31,612 bases of DNA from Kingella pumchi (GTDB taxonomy: Bacteria; Pseudomonadota; Gammaproteobacteria; Burkholderiales; Neisseriaceae), in NCBI RefSeq assembly GCF_022288825.1, contig NZ_JAKOOW010000037.1:1-31612 (forward strand), in the 5' to 3' direction. Numbering within the stretch: position 1 is the first letter of the stretch; the number at the start of each line of letters is the position of its first letter. The translations under genes were made by a program, and so were the position numbers. The notes beneath the pieces are model-generated. The model saw nothing but the letters and a program-made list of their open reading frames with translations. It ran no database searches and was not told the origin of the DNA. Shown here piece after piece: positions 18,687-28,688 of this stretch.

Positions 18687-18726
18687 AAAGACCGCTGCCG
18701 GACAAACAGGCCGGCAGCGGTCTTTT
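18687..18726 (-). terminator. Non-DUS rho-independent terminator after rph (bidirectional shape)
   Basis: GACCGCTGCCGG (18690-18701) pairs with CCGGCAGCGGTC (18711-18722), flanked by AAA and TTTT. Confidence 0.65.
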
Positions 18727-18754
18727 CCGCCTTATCTATTTTTCATGCTGCTTT

Positions 18755-19498
18755 TCAGGCTGCTTTGGCCGCGCGCCAGGCATCAAAAGCGGCAGCCTGC
18801 ACGGCGCACAGTTCGACAATGCCCTGCCGTCCGAGCGCCAGCAGCTGCGCCAGCTCGCTGCTGTCGAACGTGGCGCCTTCGGCGGTGCCCTGGATTTCGA
18901 CGATGCCGCCGTTATCGGTCATCACCAGATTGACGTCGCTGTCGCAGCCGGAGTCTTCGGGATAATCCAAATCCAGCAGCGGCACTCCGCCAACCACGCC
19001 GGCGGATACCGCGGCAATGCGGCGGACAATCGGGTTTTCTGCCAACACGCCGCTATCGACCAGCTTCTGCACCGCCATCTGCAGCGCAACGAAGGCGCCG
19101 GTGATGCTAGCGGTGCGGGTACCACCGTCGGCCTGGATGACGTCGCAGTCGATCAGAATCTGGCGCTCGCCCAGTTTTTCCATATCCACGGCGGCACGCA
19201 GGCTGCGGCCGATCAGGCGCTGGATTTCCTGGGTGCGGCCGGACTGCTTGCCCGCTGCGGCTTCGCGGCGCATACGGCCGGCGGTGGAAGCGGGCAGCAT
19301 GCCGTATTCGGCGGTTACCCAGCCTTTGCCCTGCCCGCGCAAAAAGGGCGGCACGTTTTCTTCGACAGTGGCGGTGCAGATGACTTTGGTGTTACCGCAG
19401 GCGATCAGTACCGAGCCGTCGGCATGGGGCAGAAAGTCGGCGCTGATGCTGACGGGGCGCAGTTGGCCGGCGGCGCGGCCGGTGCGGGTATAGGTCAT
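18755..19498 (-). CDS. rph: Ribonuclease PH
   Basis: 247 aa. [30 protein letters not shown] and [16 protein letters not shown] motifs. GGAG SD. The stop codon lies inside a DUS. Confidence 0.92.
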   Translation of the reverse strand: MTYTRTGRAAGQLRPVSISADFLPHADGSVLIACGNTKVICTATVEENVPPFLRGQGKGWVTAEYGMLPASTAGRMRREAAAGKQSGRTQEIQRLIGRSLRAAVDMEKLGERQILIDCDVIQADGGTRTASITGAFVALQMAVQKLVDSGVLAENPIVRRIAAVSAGVVGGVPLLDLDYPEDSGCDSDVNLVMTDNGGIVEIQGTAEGATFDSSELAQLLALGRQGIVELCAVQAAAFDAWRAAKAA

Positions 19499-19538
19499 GG
19501 CTTAACTCCGTAAAAAGGGCGGATTATATAGCGCGCCA

Positions 19539-19590
19539 AGGCGGCCTGAAACGGGAAAAACCATCCTTTTGGCAGCCTTTCAGGCTGCCT
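19539..19590. repeat. DUS plus one-mismatch DUS in the rph/yicC divergent region
   Basis: AGGCGGCCTGAA at 19539-19550 (one mismatch) and TTCAGGCTGCCT at 19579-19590. Confidence 0.7.
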
Positions 19591-19641
19591 GCTTCTCTGT
19601 TAAGATGCCGCGACTTTTTCAGCATCAGCAAAGGAAAAAAC

Positions 19642-20514
19642 ATGACAGTATTCAGTATGACCGGCTATGCGCACGCGGCCGGAGAATATGCAGGCAAACG
19701 CATCGAACTGGAATTGCGGTCGGTCAACCACCGCTTTCTCGATGTGCAGTTCAAAATCCCCGAAGACCTGCGCCATCTGGAAGGCAGCCTGCGCGAAACG
19801 GTAGCGGCCAAAACCAGCCGCGGCAAAGTAGAGTGCCGCATTCAGATCAGCAGCCTGCCGAACACCGGCGGCTCGCTGCACATCAACCAAAAACTGGTGG
19901 ACGAGCTGGCGGAACTGAATGCCAAATGGCGCAAAAAGCACGGCGGCCTGGCCAAATTAAGCGTGGCCGACATCCTGCATTTTCCCGGCGTCATCGCCAG
20001 CGCCGCAACCGATACCGATGCGCTGGCCGATGGCGTGCAGGTGCTGTTGAAACAGGCTTTGCAGGACTTTGTCGGTGCCCGCAGCCGCGAAGGGGTAAAA
20101 CTGCAGGCGCATATTCTCGAGCGCTTGGATCTGATGGAAGCGATTATCGGCGCTTTGGAAGAGCTGTTCCCCAACCTGCTGCAGGCGCATCTGCAGCGCA
20201 CCCGCCACCGCCTGGCCGAAGCCGTCGCCCATATCGACGAAGACCGGCTGCGCCAGGAATTTGCGCTGTTTATGCAAAAAGCGGACGTGGACGAAGAATT
20301 CAGCCGCCTGCGCACCCACATCGCCGAAGTGCGCCGCATCGTTACCGAGCAGAACGGCAGCATTGGCAAGCGGCTGGACTTCCTGATGCAGGAGTTGAAC
20401 CGCGAAGCCAACACCCTGGGCAGCAAAGCCATCGCCAGTGAATGCACGCAGGTTTCGGTGGAATTGAAAGTGCTGATCGAGCAGATGCGCGAGCAGGTGC
20501 AAAACATCGAATAA
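19642..20514 (+). CDS. yicC: YicC family stress-induced protein
   Basis: 290 aa. MTGYA N-terminus, SVNHRFLD, and C-terminal REANTLGSKA and QVQNIE motifs. Divergent from rph, as in many proteobacteria. Confidence 0.88.
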   Translation: MTVFSMTGYAHAAGEYAGKRIELELRSVNHRFLDVQFKIPEDLRHLEGSLRETVAAKTSRGKVECRIQISSLPNTGGSLHINQKLVDELAELNAKWRKKHGGLAKLSVADILHFPGVIASAATDTDALADGVQVLLKQALQDFVGARSREGVKLQAHILERLDLMEAIIGALEELFPNLLQAHLQRTRHRLAEAVAHIDEDRLRQEFALFMQKADVDEEFSRLRTHIAEVRRIVTEQNGSIGKRLDFLMQELNREANTLGSKAIASECTQVSVELKVLIEQMREQVQNIE

Positions 20515-20529
20515 GCAGCCTGAAACGGC

Positions 20530-20567
20530 AAAAAAGCAGCCTGAAAACTTTTCAGGCTGCTTTTTTG
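20530..20567 (+). terminator. DUS-pair rho-independent terminator after yicC
   Basis: AAAAAAGCAGCCTGAAAAC TTTTCAGGCTGCTTTTTT, a tight hairpin followed by a T6 run. An extra DUS lies at 20513-20524. Confidence 0.8.
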
Positions 20568-20748
20568 TCGGAACATTAGTGTTGTGCATTTGAAACGTAA
20601 TCCGCGTTTGGCGCTTACATTTTCAGGCATCGCCTAACAGTTTCTTGGCTTGTCTTGTATAATCTTCACAATTACGCCCATTTCATAAAGGCAGCTGGTC
20701 TCGCCAAGCAAGCGCCGGCTCCTCAATAAATTACACGGATTCAACCAC

Positions 20749-22425
20749 ATGAGCATAGGCCTCTTACGGGTTTTGGTGCAGCACAAGCTGGTGCCGCAAG
20801 ACAAGCTGGAAAAATATCAGTCTGCCATCAGCGCCGACAAAAACATCCTGCCGATGATTTTCGATGACGGCGTAACTTCGCCCGAAAATCTGGTCACCCT
20901 ATTATCCAGCGTATTCAATTATCCGATTCTTGATCTGAACTATTATCCGCGCAGCAATATCGTTAAAGATATTATGGACGAACAGCATATGCAGAAGCTG
21001 CGCTGCATCCCGATTTTCAAGCGCGGGCGCCGCGTATTCATGGCGGTTTCAGATCCAACCCAGCTGCAAAACATCCAAAAAGCCCTGTTCAGCTCGGGTT
21101 TGAACGTGGATTTGGTACTGGTGCGCAACGACCAGCTGGAGCGCCTGCTGGAATGGTTCGGCCAAAGCAGTACCAGCATTCTGAAAGAAATAGACACCGA
21201 CTCACCGGAAAGCCAGCAAAAAACGCTTATTGTGGATGGCGACGAAGAAGAAGACGGTCCGGTTGCCCGCTTTATTCAGAAAATCTTGTCAGATGCGCTG
21301 AATGCCGGCGCATCGGATATCCACTTTGAATTCTACGAAACCATGGCACGGATCCGTTTCCGCGTGGACGGCCAGTTACGCGAAGTGGTACAGCCCCCCC
21401 TAGCCTTGCGCAGCCAGCTGGCATCCAGGATTAAGGTAATGGCTAAACTGGATATTTCGGAAAAGCGCGTACCGCAGGACGGACGTATCCAAATCCAGTT
21501 TTCCAAAAACGCCAAAGCCATCGACTTCCGTGTCAACACCCTGCCTTGCCTGTTTGGCGAAAAAGTGGTGATGCGTATTTTGAATTCGGATGCCGCCACC
21601 CTGAATATCGACCAGCTCGGTTTTGAGGACTTCCAAAAAGAACTGATTATGGAAGCCATCCACCGCCCCTACGGCATGGTGCTGGTAACCGGTCCGACCG
21701 GTTCGGGTAAAACGGTATCACTGTATACCTGCTTGAATATTCTGAATACCGATGATGTCAATATCTCAACAGCAGAAGACCCTGCGGAGATTAACTTGCC
21801 CGGCATCAACCAGGTAAACGTAAACGACAAACAAGGCCTGACTTTCGAAGCCGCACTGAAAGCTTTCCTGCGTCAAGACCCGGATATCATCATGGTGGGT
21901 GAGATCCGTGACTTGGGTACCGCCGATATCGCAATTAAAGCAGCGCAAACCGGCCACATGGTGTTCTCCACCCTGCATACCAACAACGCTCCCGCAACCC
22001 TGTCGCGTATGCTGAATATGGGTGTGGCGCCGTTTAATATTGCCAGCTCGGTCAATCTGATTATGGCGCAACGTTTGGCTCGCCGCCTGTGTCCGGCCTG
22101 TAAAACACCGGTAGAACGACCACCCGAGCCCGCATTGCTCAACGCAGGCTTTACGAAAGAAGATTTGGAAGGCGATTGGCAGATGTACCGCCCGGTCGGC
22201 TGCGACGTATGCAAAGGCAAAGGCTATAAAGGCCGTGCCGGTCTTTATGAAGTGATGCCGATTACCGAAAAAATGAAAGCGGTAATTATGAATAACGGTA
22301 CCGAAGTCGATATTGCCAATATCGCCTATGAAGAAGGCTTGGTGGACTTACGCCGCTCAGGCATCTTAAAAGTCATGCAAGGAATCACTTCGTTAGAAGA
22401 AGTTATGGCAACCACCAACGAATAA
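20749..22425 (+). CDS. pilB: Type IV pilus assembly ATPase (PilB; PilF in Neisseria nomenclature)
   Basis: 558 aa. GSPII_E-type N domain, GPTGSGKTV Walker [10 protein letters not shown] Walker B, and tetracysteine CPACK...[12 protein letters not shown]. Confidence 0.92.
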   Translation: MSIGLLRVLVQHKLVPQDKLEKYQSAISADKNILPMIFDDGVTSPENLVTLLSSVFNYPILDLNYYPRSNIVKDIMDEQHMQKLRCIPIFKRGRRVFMAVSDPTQLQNIQKALFSSGLNVDLVLVRNDQLERLLEWFGQSSTSILKEIDTDSPESQQKTLIVDGDEEEDGPVARFIQKILSDALNAGASDIHFEFYETMARIRFRVDGQLREVVQPPLALRSQLASRIKVMAKLDISEKRVPQDGRIQIQFSKNAKAIDFRVNTLPCLFGEKVVMRILNSDAATLNIDQLGFEDFQKELIMEAIHRPYGMVLVTGPTGSGKTVSLYTCLNILNTDDVNISTAEDPAEINLPGINQVNVNDKQGLTFEAALKAFLRQDPDIIMVGEIRDLGTADIAIKAAQTGHMVFSTLHTNNAPATLSRMLNMGVAPFNIASSVNLIMAQRLARRLCPACKTPVERPPEPALLNAGFTKEDLEGDWQMYRPVGCDVCKGKGYKGRAGLYEVMPITEKMKAVIMNNGTEVDIANIAYEEGLVDLRRSGILKVMQGITSLEEVMATTNE

Positions 22426-22462
22426 ACAGCAAGCAATCGTGTAAGAAGAAAAGGAAATTACT

Positions 22463-23740
22463 ATGGCCGCAAGCAAATCCGCAGCGAAATTTTCTGCAGC
22501 TAAAAAAGCTGCCGTCGGCAATAAGCCTGCCCCTAAAAAAGAAAGCGGCACGCGCTTCCAATTTGAAGGGAGAAACCTCTCTACCGACACAGTCACACGT
22601 GGCGAAGTGGTGGCAAAAAACGAGGAAGAAGCGCGCCAAAAACTAATGCGCCGCCAAATCAAGGTAATCAGCATTACCAAGATGAAAAAAGTGCGCGAGA
22701 AAAAAATCACTCAAGCAGACATTACTGTATTTACCCGCCAACTTTCAACCATGATGAAAGCCGGTCTACCATTAATGCAGGCATTTGATATTGTGGCAAA
22801 AGGCCATAGCAATGCCGCAATGACCCGTCTTTTATTGGAAGTACGCTCGGATGTGGAACAAGGTAAATCCTTGGGCGAGTCTTTTGCAAAACATCCGAAG
22901 TACTTTGACAAATTTTATTGCAACCTAGTCAGCGCCGGTGAAGCGGGTGGTGTTTTGGAAGGCCTGTTGGACAAATTGGCAACTTATAAAGAAAAAACCC
23001 AAGCGATTAAGAAAAAGGTTAAAAGTGCCCTAACTTATCCCATCGCGATCGTGGTTGTTGCTGTTGTTTTGATTTTGATTATGATGATGTTTGTCCTGCC
23101 CGAATTTGGCAAAGTTTACAGCGGGATGGGCGCAAGTCTTCCGCCATTAACCGAATTTATGATGGCGCTTTCCGATTTCTTCGTACAAGCGGGCTGGGTT
23201 ATTATTCCGGCATTGGTTCTTGGAACCATTGGTCTTATACAATGGCATAAAAATTCTCCGAAGTTTCAGAAAAAAGTGGACGGCTGGTTGTTAAAAATGC
23301 CCATTTTCGGCGATATTGTACGCAAAGCAACTCTTGCGCGCTGGGCTCGTACTACTGCTACCCTGTTTACCGCAGGGGTACCATTGGTAGAAGTATTAGA
23401 TTCTGTTGCCGGCGCTTCTGGCAATATCATTTATGAAGAGGCTACTAAAGAAATACGCTCAAAAGTAAATCAAGGTATTTCCCTTACCTCCAGTATGCAA
23501 GCAACCGATCTTTTTCCCAATATGATGATACAGATGACTTCAATCGGTGAAGAGTCCGGTTCCATCGACGATATGCTAAACAAAACCGCCGAGTTTTATG
23601 AAGATGAAGTAGACAATGCCGTTGCCACACTTTCCTCACTCATGGAACCGATTATTATGGTGGTTTTGGGCAGCATTATTGGTGTAATTCTCGTAGCCAT
23701 GTACCTACCCATCTTCAACTTGGGTAACGTAGTAGGCTAA
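22463..23740 (+). CDS. pilC: Type IV pilus platform protein (PilC; PilG in Neisseria nomenclature)
   Basis: 425 aa. Two GspF/T2SS_F repeats, three TM segments. AAGGAA SD. Confidence 0.9.
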   Translation: MAASKSAAKFSAAKKAAVGNKPAPKKESGTRFQFEGRNLSTDTVTRGEVVAKNEEEARQKLMRRQIKVISITKMKKVREKKITQADITVFTRQLSTMMKAGLPLMQAFDIVAKGHSNAAMTRLLLEVRSDVEQGKSLGESFAKHPKYFDKFYCNLVSAGEAGGVLEGLLDKLATYKEKTQAIKKKVKSALTYPIAIVVVAVVLILIMMMFVLPEFGKVYSGMGASLPPLTEFMMALSDFFVQAGWVIIPALVLGTIGLIQWHKNSPKFQKKVDGWLLKMPIFGDIVRKATLARWARTTATLFTAGVPLVEVLDSVAGASGNIIYEEATKEIRSKVNQGISLTSSMQATDLFPNMMIQMTSIGEESGSIDDMLNKTAEFYEDEVDNAVATLSSLMEPIIMVVLGSIIGVILVAMYLPIFNLGNVVG

Positions 23741-23749
23741 TAACAAATA

Positions 23750-24592
23750 ATGGAAACCGGCATCATCATTTTCCTCGCCGCCCTATTCGGTCTGTTGATC
23801 GGCAGTTTTCTCAATGTCGTTATCTACCGCTTGCCGATCATGCTTGATAAAGCATGGACGGCGGCGGCGAGGCAGCAGCTTAATCTTGAAGTTGAAGAGC
23901 AAGCGAAATTCAATCTGCTCACTCCCCCCTCGCGCTGCGGTAATTGCGGCAGCGCGGTCAGACCTTGGCAGAATATTCCGGTTATCAGCTGGCTGGCGTT
24001 GCGTGGTCGCTGCGCCAGCTGCCGTCATCCGATCAGCATCCGCTATCCCCTAGTGGAAATGCTTACTGCTGTTATGTTCGGGCTGATGGCTTGGAAATTC
24101 GGCGAATCCTGGGTTACGGTCGGCGCCTGTCTATTTAGCGCCTTTATTGTTGCTTTGGTCTTTATTGATGCCGATACCCAGCTTTTGCCCGACGATCTAA
24201 CCCTGCCGCTAGTTTGGTTGGGATTGCTGTTTAACTGGCAAACCGGTTTCGTCAGCCTGCCCAGCGCCTTATTGGGTGCAGTTTGCGGCTATATGAGCTT
24301 GTGGCTGCTGTTTCACCTGTTCAAACTCCTTACCGGTAAAGACGGGATGGGTTATGGCGACTTCAAAATGCTGGCAGCTATCGGCGCTTGGCTCGGTGTA
24401 GCCATTTTACCGATTGTCGTACTGGCAGCCGCGCTGGTCGGCATTGTGGCAGCCCTGGTCAAGCGACTGGCCAAAGGCCAACCGATGGCATTCGGCCCCT
24501 GTTTGGGTATTGCCGGCTGGCTGGTATTTCTGCTGCACGAGCAAACTGATGCCGCCATCAGATGGTGGCTGCACAGTTCGGGATTCCAATAA
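23750..24592 (+). CDS. pilD: Prepilin peptidase / N-methyltransferase (A24 family)
   Basis: 280 aa. CGNCGS...CASCRH cysteine pairs, GMGYGDFKM catalytic aspartate motif, multiple TM segments. Confidence 0.9.
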   Translation: METGIIIFLAALFGLLIGSFLNVVIYRLPIMLDKAWTAAARQQLNLEVEEQAKFNLLTPPSRCGNCGSAVRPWQNIPVISWLALRGRCASCRHPISIRYPLVEMLTAVMFGLMAWKFGESWVTVGACLFSAFIVALVFIDADTQLLPDDLTLPLVWLGLLFNWQTGFVSLPSALLGAVCGYMSLWLLFHLFKLLTGKDGMGYGDFKMLAAIGAWLGVAILPIVVLAAALVGIVAALVKRLAKGQPMAFGPCLGIAGWLVFLLHEQTDAAIRWWLHSSGFQ

Positions 24593-25206
24593 TGACCACA
24601 TGGATAGGGCTGACCGGTGGTATCGGCAGCGGCAAATCACAAACGGCTGCGCTTTTTGGCGAACTCGGTGTCCCGCTGATTGACGCCGATACCGTTAACC
24701 GCACATTAACCGACACCCCCAACAGCCCGCCGCTGTGCGCCATCCGCCGCCGTTTCGGCGAGCAGGCCCTGGATGCTTCGGGCCGCATGAACCGCCCCCA
24801 TATCCGTCAAACCGTTTTTAACGACCCTCAAGCCAAACGGGATTTGGAAGCCATTCTCCACCCGTTTATCTTTACCGAAATCCGCAGCCTGAAAAACCAT
24901 TTCACTGATTTTCCTTACGGAATTATCGAAATCGCCATCTTGGCCGAACAGCCGGTATTCCGCAATCTGGTCGAACGCGTCCTACTGGTGAGCGCCGATG
25001 AAAACGTCCGCATCGGCCGCGTGATGCGGCGCAGCGGCTTGACAGAAGCCGAGGTTCGGGCGATTATCGCCGCCCAGGCCGCCGAGTCGGACCGCCGCAG
25101 CATCGCCGACGACATCATCGACAACAACGGCAGCCTGAAAGACTTGCAAGAAACCGTATTCAGGCAGCATCAAATCTATACCCGGCTGTATTCCCCGGCA
25201 CACTGA
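24592..25206 (+). CDS. coaE: Dephospho-CoA kinase
   Basis: 204 aa from the ATG at 24592 (TAATG overlap with the pilD stop). GLTGGIGSGKS P-loop. The track start at 24562 overlaps pilD. Confidence 0.88.
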   Translation: MTTWIGLTGGIGSGKSQTAALFGELGVPLIDADTVNRTLTDTPNSPPLCAIRRRFGEQALDASGRMNRPHIRQTVFNDPQAKRDLEAILHPFIFTEIRSLKNHFTDFPYGIIEIAILAEQPVFRNLVERVLLVSADENVRIGRVMRRSGLTEAEVRAIIAAQAAESDRRSIADDIIDNNGSLKDLQETVFRQHQIYTRLYSPAH

Positions 25207-25300
25207 ATGCGCCTCCTGATATTTTCGGTGCCGTAACGGCGGTTGCAATCTGCCCGTTACGGCATTTTTCATGCCAACTTTTGGTTGGAGAAAGCGATTC

Positions 25301-26053
25301 ATGTTACGTTTCGACCACCCCTTATCCGAACGGGTGCGCAGCCTGATCCGCATTGAGCATCTGTTCAATCGCTTTAACCACGCTGTTTCCGGCGACGACA
25401 AATGGTCGCACCACATCGCCATCGGCACCCTGTTTGAAATTATGGACTGCTCTTCGCGCGCCGATTTGAAGCTCGACATCCTGCAAGAGCTAGAACGCCA
25501 GCGCCAGGCCATCAAACACCAGCCCGACGGCAGCGACAGCCTGCTCGCCGAAATCAACCGCGCCAGCCACGATCTGCAGGAAATCCAGCAGAAATTCGGT
25601 CAGCATATCCGCGAAAACGAATGGCTGATGTCGCTCAAACAGCGCATCTGGGTCGCCGGCGGCACCACACCGGTCGAACTGCCCAGCTATTACTACTGGC
25701 AAAAGCAAGACGCCGAAATCCGCCGTCAAGATCTCTGCCGCTGGAGTCAGGCGATGATGCCGACCTACCACGCCGTGCGATTGCTGCTCGAAATTCTACG
25801 CAACAACCGCCGCGAAGCCGACTGTCTGGCCGAACACGGCAGCTATCAGCAAAACAGTCTGGCCAAAAACATCCACCTGATTATCATCGAAGTTCCGGCA
25901 AAATACGGCGTAATGCCTGAAGTTTCCGCCAACAAATACTTCACCCACGTCCGCTTTCTCCACGCCAGCCAGGAAGCCATGCGCGGCAGCCAGGCCGAAA
26001 GCGATGTCGAATTCAAGCTGATTATGTGCAGCTTCGATTCCACCTGGGTGTAA
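25301..26053 (+). CDS. zapD: Cell division protein ZapD (YacF family)
   Basis: 250 aa from the ATG at 25301 (GGAG 10 nt upstream). N-terminal FDHPLSERVRSLIRIEHLF resembles E. coli ZapD FEHPLNEKMRTWLRIEFL. Conserved position after coaE. Confidence 0.8.
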   Translation: MLRFDHPLSERVRSLIRIEHLFNRFNHAVSGDDKWSHHIAIGTLFEIMDCSSRADLKLDILQELERQRQAIKHQPDGSDSLLAEINRASHDLQEIQQKFGQHIRENEWLMSLKQRIWVAGGTTPVELPSYYYWQKQDAEIRRQDLCRWSQAMMPTYHAVRLLLEILRNNRREADCLAEHGSYQQNSLAKNIHLIIIEVPAKYGVMPEVSANKYFTHVRFLHASQEAMRGSQAESDVEFKLIMCSFDSTWV

Positions 26054-26065
26054 GCCCCTCCCCTT

Positions 26066-26105
26066 TTCAGGCAGCCTGAAAACCTTTTGCGCTTTCAGGC
26101 TGCCT
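26066..26105 (+). terminator. DUS-pair hairpin after zapD
   Basis: TTCAGGCAGCCTGAAAA ... TTTCAGGCTGCCT, 13 nt after the stop. The first copy is the 15-nt palindromic form. Confidence 0.5.
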
Positions 26106-26215
26106 TGCTTGACTGCAACACCCCACCGCCCGCAGACAACCCGAAACGCAAGATTGGCGGCGTTCTCCGCTATAATGGGCAGCCTGAAAACCCTAGCCAA
26201 GCGAAAGGAAGACGC

Positions 26216-26695
26216 ATGTCCGACCTTGCCTACATCGCCGCCGAACTGCAAGCGCGCGGCAAAACCGTTACCTGCGCCGAATCCTGCACCGGCGGGCTAC
26301 TTGCCGCCGCCTTAACCGAGCTGCCAGGCAGCTCCGCCTTTTTCGACCGCGGCTTTATCACTTACTCCGACAAAGCCAAGCAGCAGGTACTGAACGTCAA
26401 TGCCAACACCCTGCGCCACTACGGTGCCGTCAGCGAAGAAACCGTACGCGAAATGGCGCTCGGCGCGCTGATTGCCACCAAAAACGACTTCGCGCTCAGC
26501 ATTTCCGGCATTGCCGGCCCAGACGGCGGCAGCGACGACAAACCCGTCGGCACCGTTTGGTTCGGTTTCGCCACCAAACAGCGAATCTGGGCCAAACAGC
26601 ACCACTTTTCCGGCAGCCGCAGCCAAGTGCGCGAACAGGCGGTGCAATACGCGCTGGCCATACTCGCCCACTATCTGAAAACCACGCCCGCCTGA
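26216..26695 (+). CDS. pncC: CinA C-terminal domain protein / nicotinamide-nucleotide amidohydrolase PncC
   Basis: 159 aa from the ATG at 26216 (AAAGGAAG SD). TCAESCTGG, SISGIAGPDGG and KPVGTVWFGF align with E. coli PncC (YgaD). Confidence 0.85.
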   Translation: MSDLAYIAAELQARGKTVTCAESCTGGLLAAALTELPGSSAFFDRGFITYSDKAKQQVLNVNANTLRHYGAVSEETVREMALGALIATKNDFALSISGIAGPDGGSDDKPVGTVWFGFATKQRIWAKQHHFSGSRSQVREQAVQYALAILAHYLKTTPA

Positions 26696-26766
26696 TTTCA
26701 GGCAGCCTGAAAGCCGCAAACCGCCGTTTTTCCTTACCCACAAACCCGCCACAGCAAGGATTCCGC

Positions 26767-27387
26767 ATGGCACAGTTTTTCGCCATCCACCCCGACAACC
26801 CCCAAGAGCGCCTGATCAAACAGGCCGTCGAAATCGTCCGCAAAGGCGGCGTCATCGTTTACCCCACCGATTCCTGCTACGCGCTCGGCTGCCATCTCGG
26901 CGACAAAGAAGCGATGGAACGCATCCTGCGCATCCGCCAAATCGACCTCAAACACCACCTCACCCTGATGTGCGCCGATTTGAGCGAACTGGGCACCTAC
27001 GCCAAAGTGGACAACAGCCAGTTCCGCCAGCTCAAAGCCGCCACCCCTGGCAGCTACACCTTTATCCTGCAGGCCACCAAAGAAGTGCCCAACCGCACCC
27101 TGCACCCCAAACGCAAAACCATCGGCCTGCGCGTGCCCGACAACACCATCGCCCTCGCCCTTTTGCGCGAACTGGGCGAACCCATGCTCTCCTGCACCCT
27201 GATGCTGCCTGAAGACAGCGAACCACTCACCGATCCATACGAAATCCGCGACCGGCTCGAACACAGCGTCGATCTGGTGATCGACGGCGGCTGGTGCGGC
27301 ACCGAACCCACCACCGTTATCGACATGACCGACGGCACCGAACTCGTCCGCCAAGGCAAGGGTGACACCGCCCTTTTCGGCCTTTAA
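26767..27387 (+). CDS. yciO: YciO family protein (YrdC/Sua5 threonylcarbamoyl-AMP synthase-like fold)
   Basis: 206 aa from the ATG at 26767. [42 protein letters not shown] is near-collinear with E. coli YciO ([42 protein letters not shown]). Confidence 0.88.
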   Translation: [206 protein letters not shown]

Positions 27388-27390
27388 ACC

Positions 27391-27456
27391 TTCAGGCAGC
27401 CTGAAAAGCGCAGCGGTCTTGCCCAAGCCAAACCGCCCCCGTTTTTCAGGCTGCCT
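27391..27456 (+). terminator. DUS-pair hairpin after yciO
   Basis: 27391-27405 (palindromic TTCAGGCAGCCTGAA) and 27445-27456 (TTCAGGCTGCCT). 39-nt loop. Confidence 0.4.
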
Positions 27457-27519
27457 GCCAACTGGCTTTCAAGCCGCGCCGACTATATAATGCGCGGCTT
27501 GATTTTTTAAGGTAAACCC

Positions 27520-28623
27520 ATGGAAGCCGAACGCATCAACCAGCTCAACAACCAGTTAGACGATCTCGAACAGCGCAGCGACGACATCCGCGACTACATG
27601 GACTACCAGGGCAAAAAAGACCGCCTGGAAGAAGTGGTCGGTCTCTCCGAAGACCCCGATCTGTGGAACGACCCCAAACGCGCGCAGGAAATCGGCAAAG
27701 AGCGCAAAATCCTCGAAGGCGTCGTCCTCACTCTCGACACCATCGCCGGCGGCATCGAAGACAACCGCATGCTGATCGAAATGGCCGTTGAAGAAAACGA
27801 CGATGCCGGTTTCGCCACCATCGAAAACGACGTGGCCGAACTCGAAAAACAAATGGCCGGCCTCGAATTCAAACGCATGTTCAACCAGCCCGCCGACCCC
27901 AACAACTGCTTTATCGACATCACCGCCGGCGCAGGCGGCACCGAAGCCGAAGACTGGGCAGGCATGCTGCTCCGAATGTACACCCGCTACGCCGAGCGCA
28001 AAGGCTTTAAAGTGGAAGTGATTGAGCAAGACGACGGCGAAATCGCCGGCATCAACAACGCCACCCTCCGCCTCGAAGGCGAATACGCCTACGGTTTACT
28101 ACGCACCGAAACCGGCGTGCACCGCCTCGTGCGCTACTCGCCGTTTGATTCCAACAACAAACGCCACACCTCCTTTGCCTCCGTGTTCGTTTATCCCGAA
28201 GTGGACGACAGCTTTGAAGTGGAAATCAACCCCGCCGATTTGCGTACCGATACCTACCGCGCATCGGGCGCGGGCGGCCAGCACATCAACAAAACCGACT
28301 CCGCCGTGCGCATCACCCACATTCCCACCGGCATCGTTGTCCAATCACAATCCAGCCGTTCGCAGCACGAAAACCGCCGCATCGTGATGGAAATGCTGCG
28401 CTCCAAACTGTTCGAGCTGGAAATGCGCAAGCGCAACGAAGAAAAACAAGCCCTCGAAGAAGGCAAGGCCGACGTCGGCTGGGGCAGCCAAATCCGCTCT
28501 TATGTGCTGGATTCATCACGCATCAAAGACTTGCGCACCAGCTATGAAGTGGGCAACACCAAAGCCGTGCTCGACGGCGATTTGGACGGCTTTATCGAAG
28601 CCAGCCTGAAACAGGGCGTGTAG
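27520..28623 (+). CDS. prfB: Peptide chain release factor 2, encoded in one uninterrupted frame
   Basis: 367 aa. SPF tripeptide (YSPFDS) and GGQ ([11 protein letters not shown]). Collinear with E. coli RF2 from residue 1. No in-frame TGA at the position of the usual frameshift site. Confidence 0.93.
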   Translation: MEAERINQLNNQLDDLEQRSDDIRDYMDYQGKKDRLEEVVGLSEDPDLWNDPKRAQEIGKERKILEGVVLTLDTIAGGIEDNRMLIEMAVEENDDAGFATIENDVAELEKQMAGLEFKRMFNQPADPNNCFIDITAGAGGTEAEDWAGMLLRMYTRYAERKGFKVEVIEQDDGEIAGINNATLRLEGEYAYGLLRTETGVHRLVRYSPFDSNNKRHTSFASVFVYPEVDDSFEVEINPADLRTDTYRASGAGGQHINKTDSAVRITHIPTGIVVQSQSSRSQHENRRIVMEMLRSKLFELEMRKRNEEKQALEEGKADVGWGSQIRSYVLDSSRIKDLRTSYEVGNTKAVLDGDLDGFIEASLKQGV

Positions 28624-28635
28624 CCCAATAAGCAC

Positions 28636-28676
28636 AAGCAGCCTGAAAACGGGTTTGAAGCGTTTTCAGGCTGCCT
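28636..28676 (+). terminator. DUS-pair hairpin after prfB
   Basis: GCAGCCTGAAAACG / CGTTTTCAGGCTGC, 14-bp stem, 9-nt loop, 13 nt after the stop. Confidence 0.5.
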
Positions 28677-28688
28677 GCCACCCTTAGC

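Noticed and set aside
17303-19513. 316-aa and 299-aa plus-strand ORFs opposite speB and rph
   Set aside because: These are shadow ORFs of the ureohydrolase and RNase PH genes, with no motifs, no SD and GC-driven open frames.
20605-20625. Sigma54-like -24/-12 element (TGGCGC-N5-TTTTC) upstream of pilB
   Set aside because: The -12 GC dinucleotide is missing. pilB-type ATPase genes are not typical RpoN targets, and the element sits about 130 nt from the ATG with no supporting evidence.
19569-20630. 290-aa alternative-frame ORF, plus 262-aa and 210-aa antisense ORFs at the yicC locus
   Set aside because: The frame starting at 19642 gives a canonical YicC protein end to end. The others are Arg/Pro/Ser-rich with no similarity to anything I recognise.
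26734-27426. 230-aa minus-strand ORF opposite yciO, and the similar 250-aa ORF at 29136-29888
   Set aside because: They are antisense shadows. The sense frames match YciO almost residue for residue and match ScpA/DUF1853 respectively.
27520-27620. Search for a hidden short ORF0 plus frameshift in prfB
   Set aside because: The full RF2 N-terminus aligns in a single frame from the ATG at 27520, and no upstream ORF ends in CTT TGA. The absence itself is reported as a finding.
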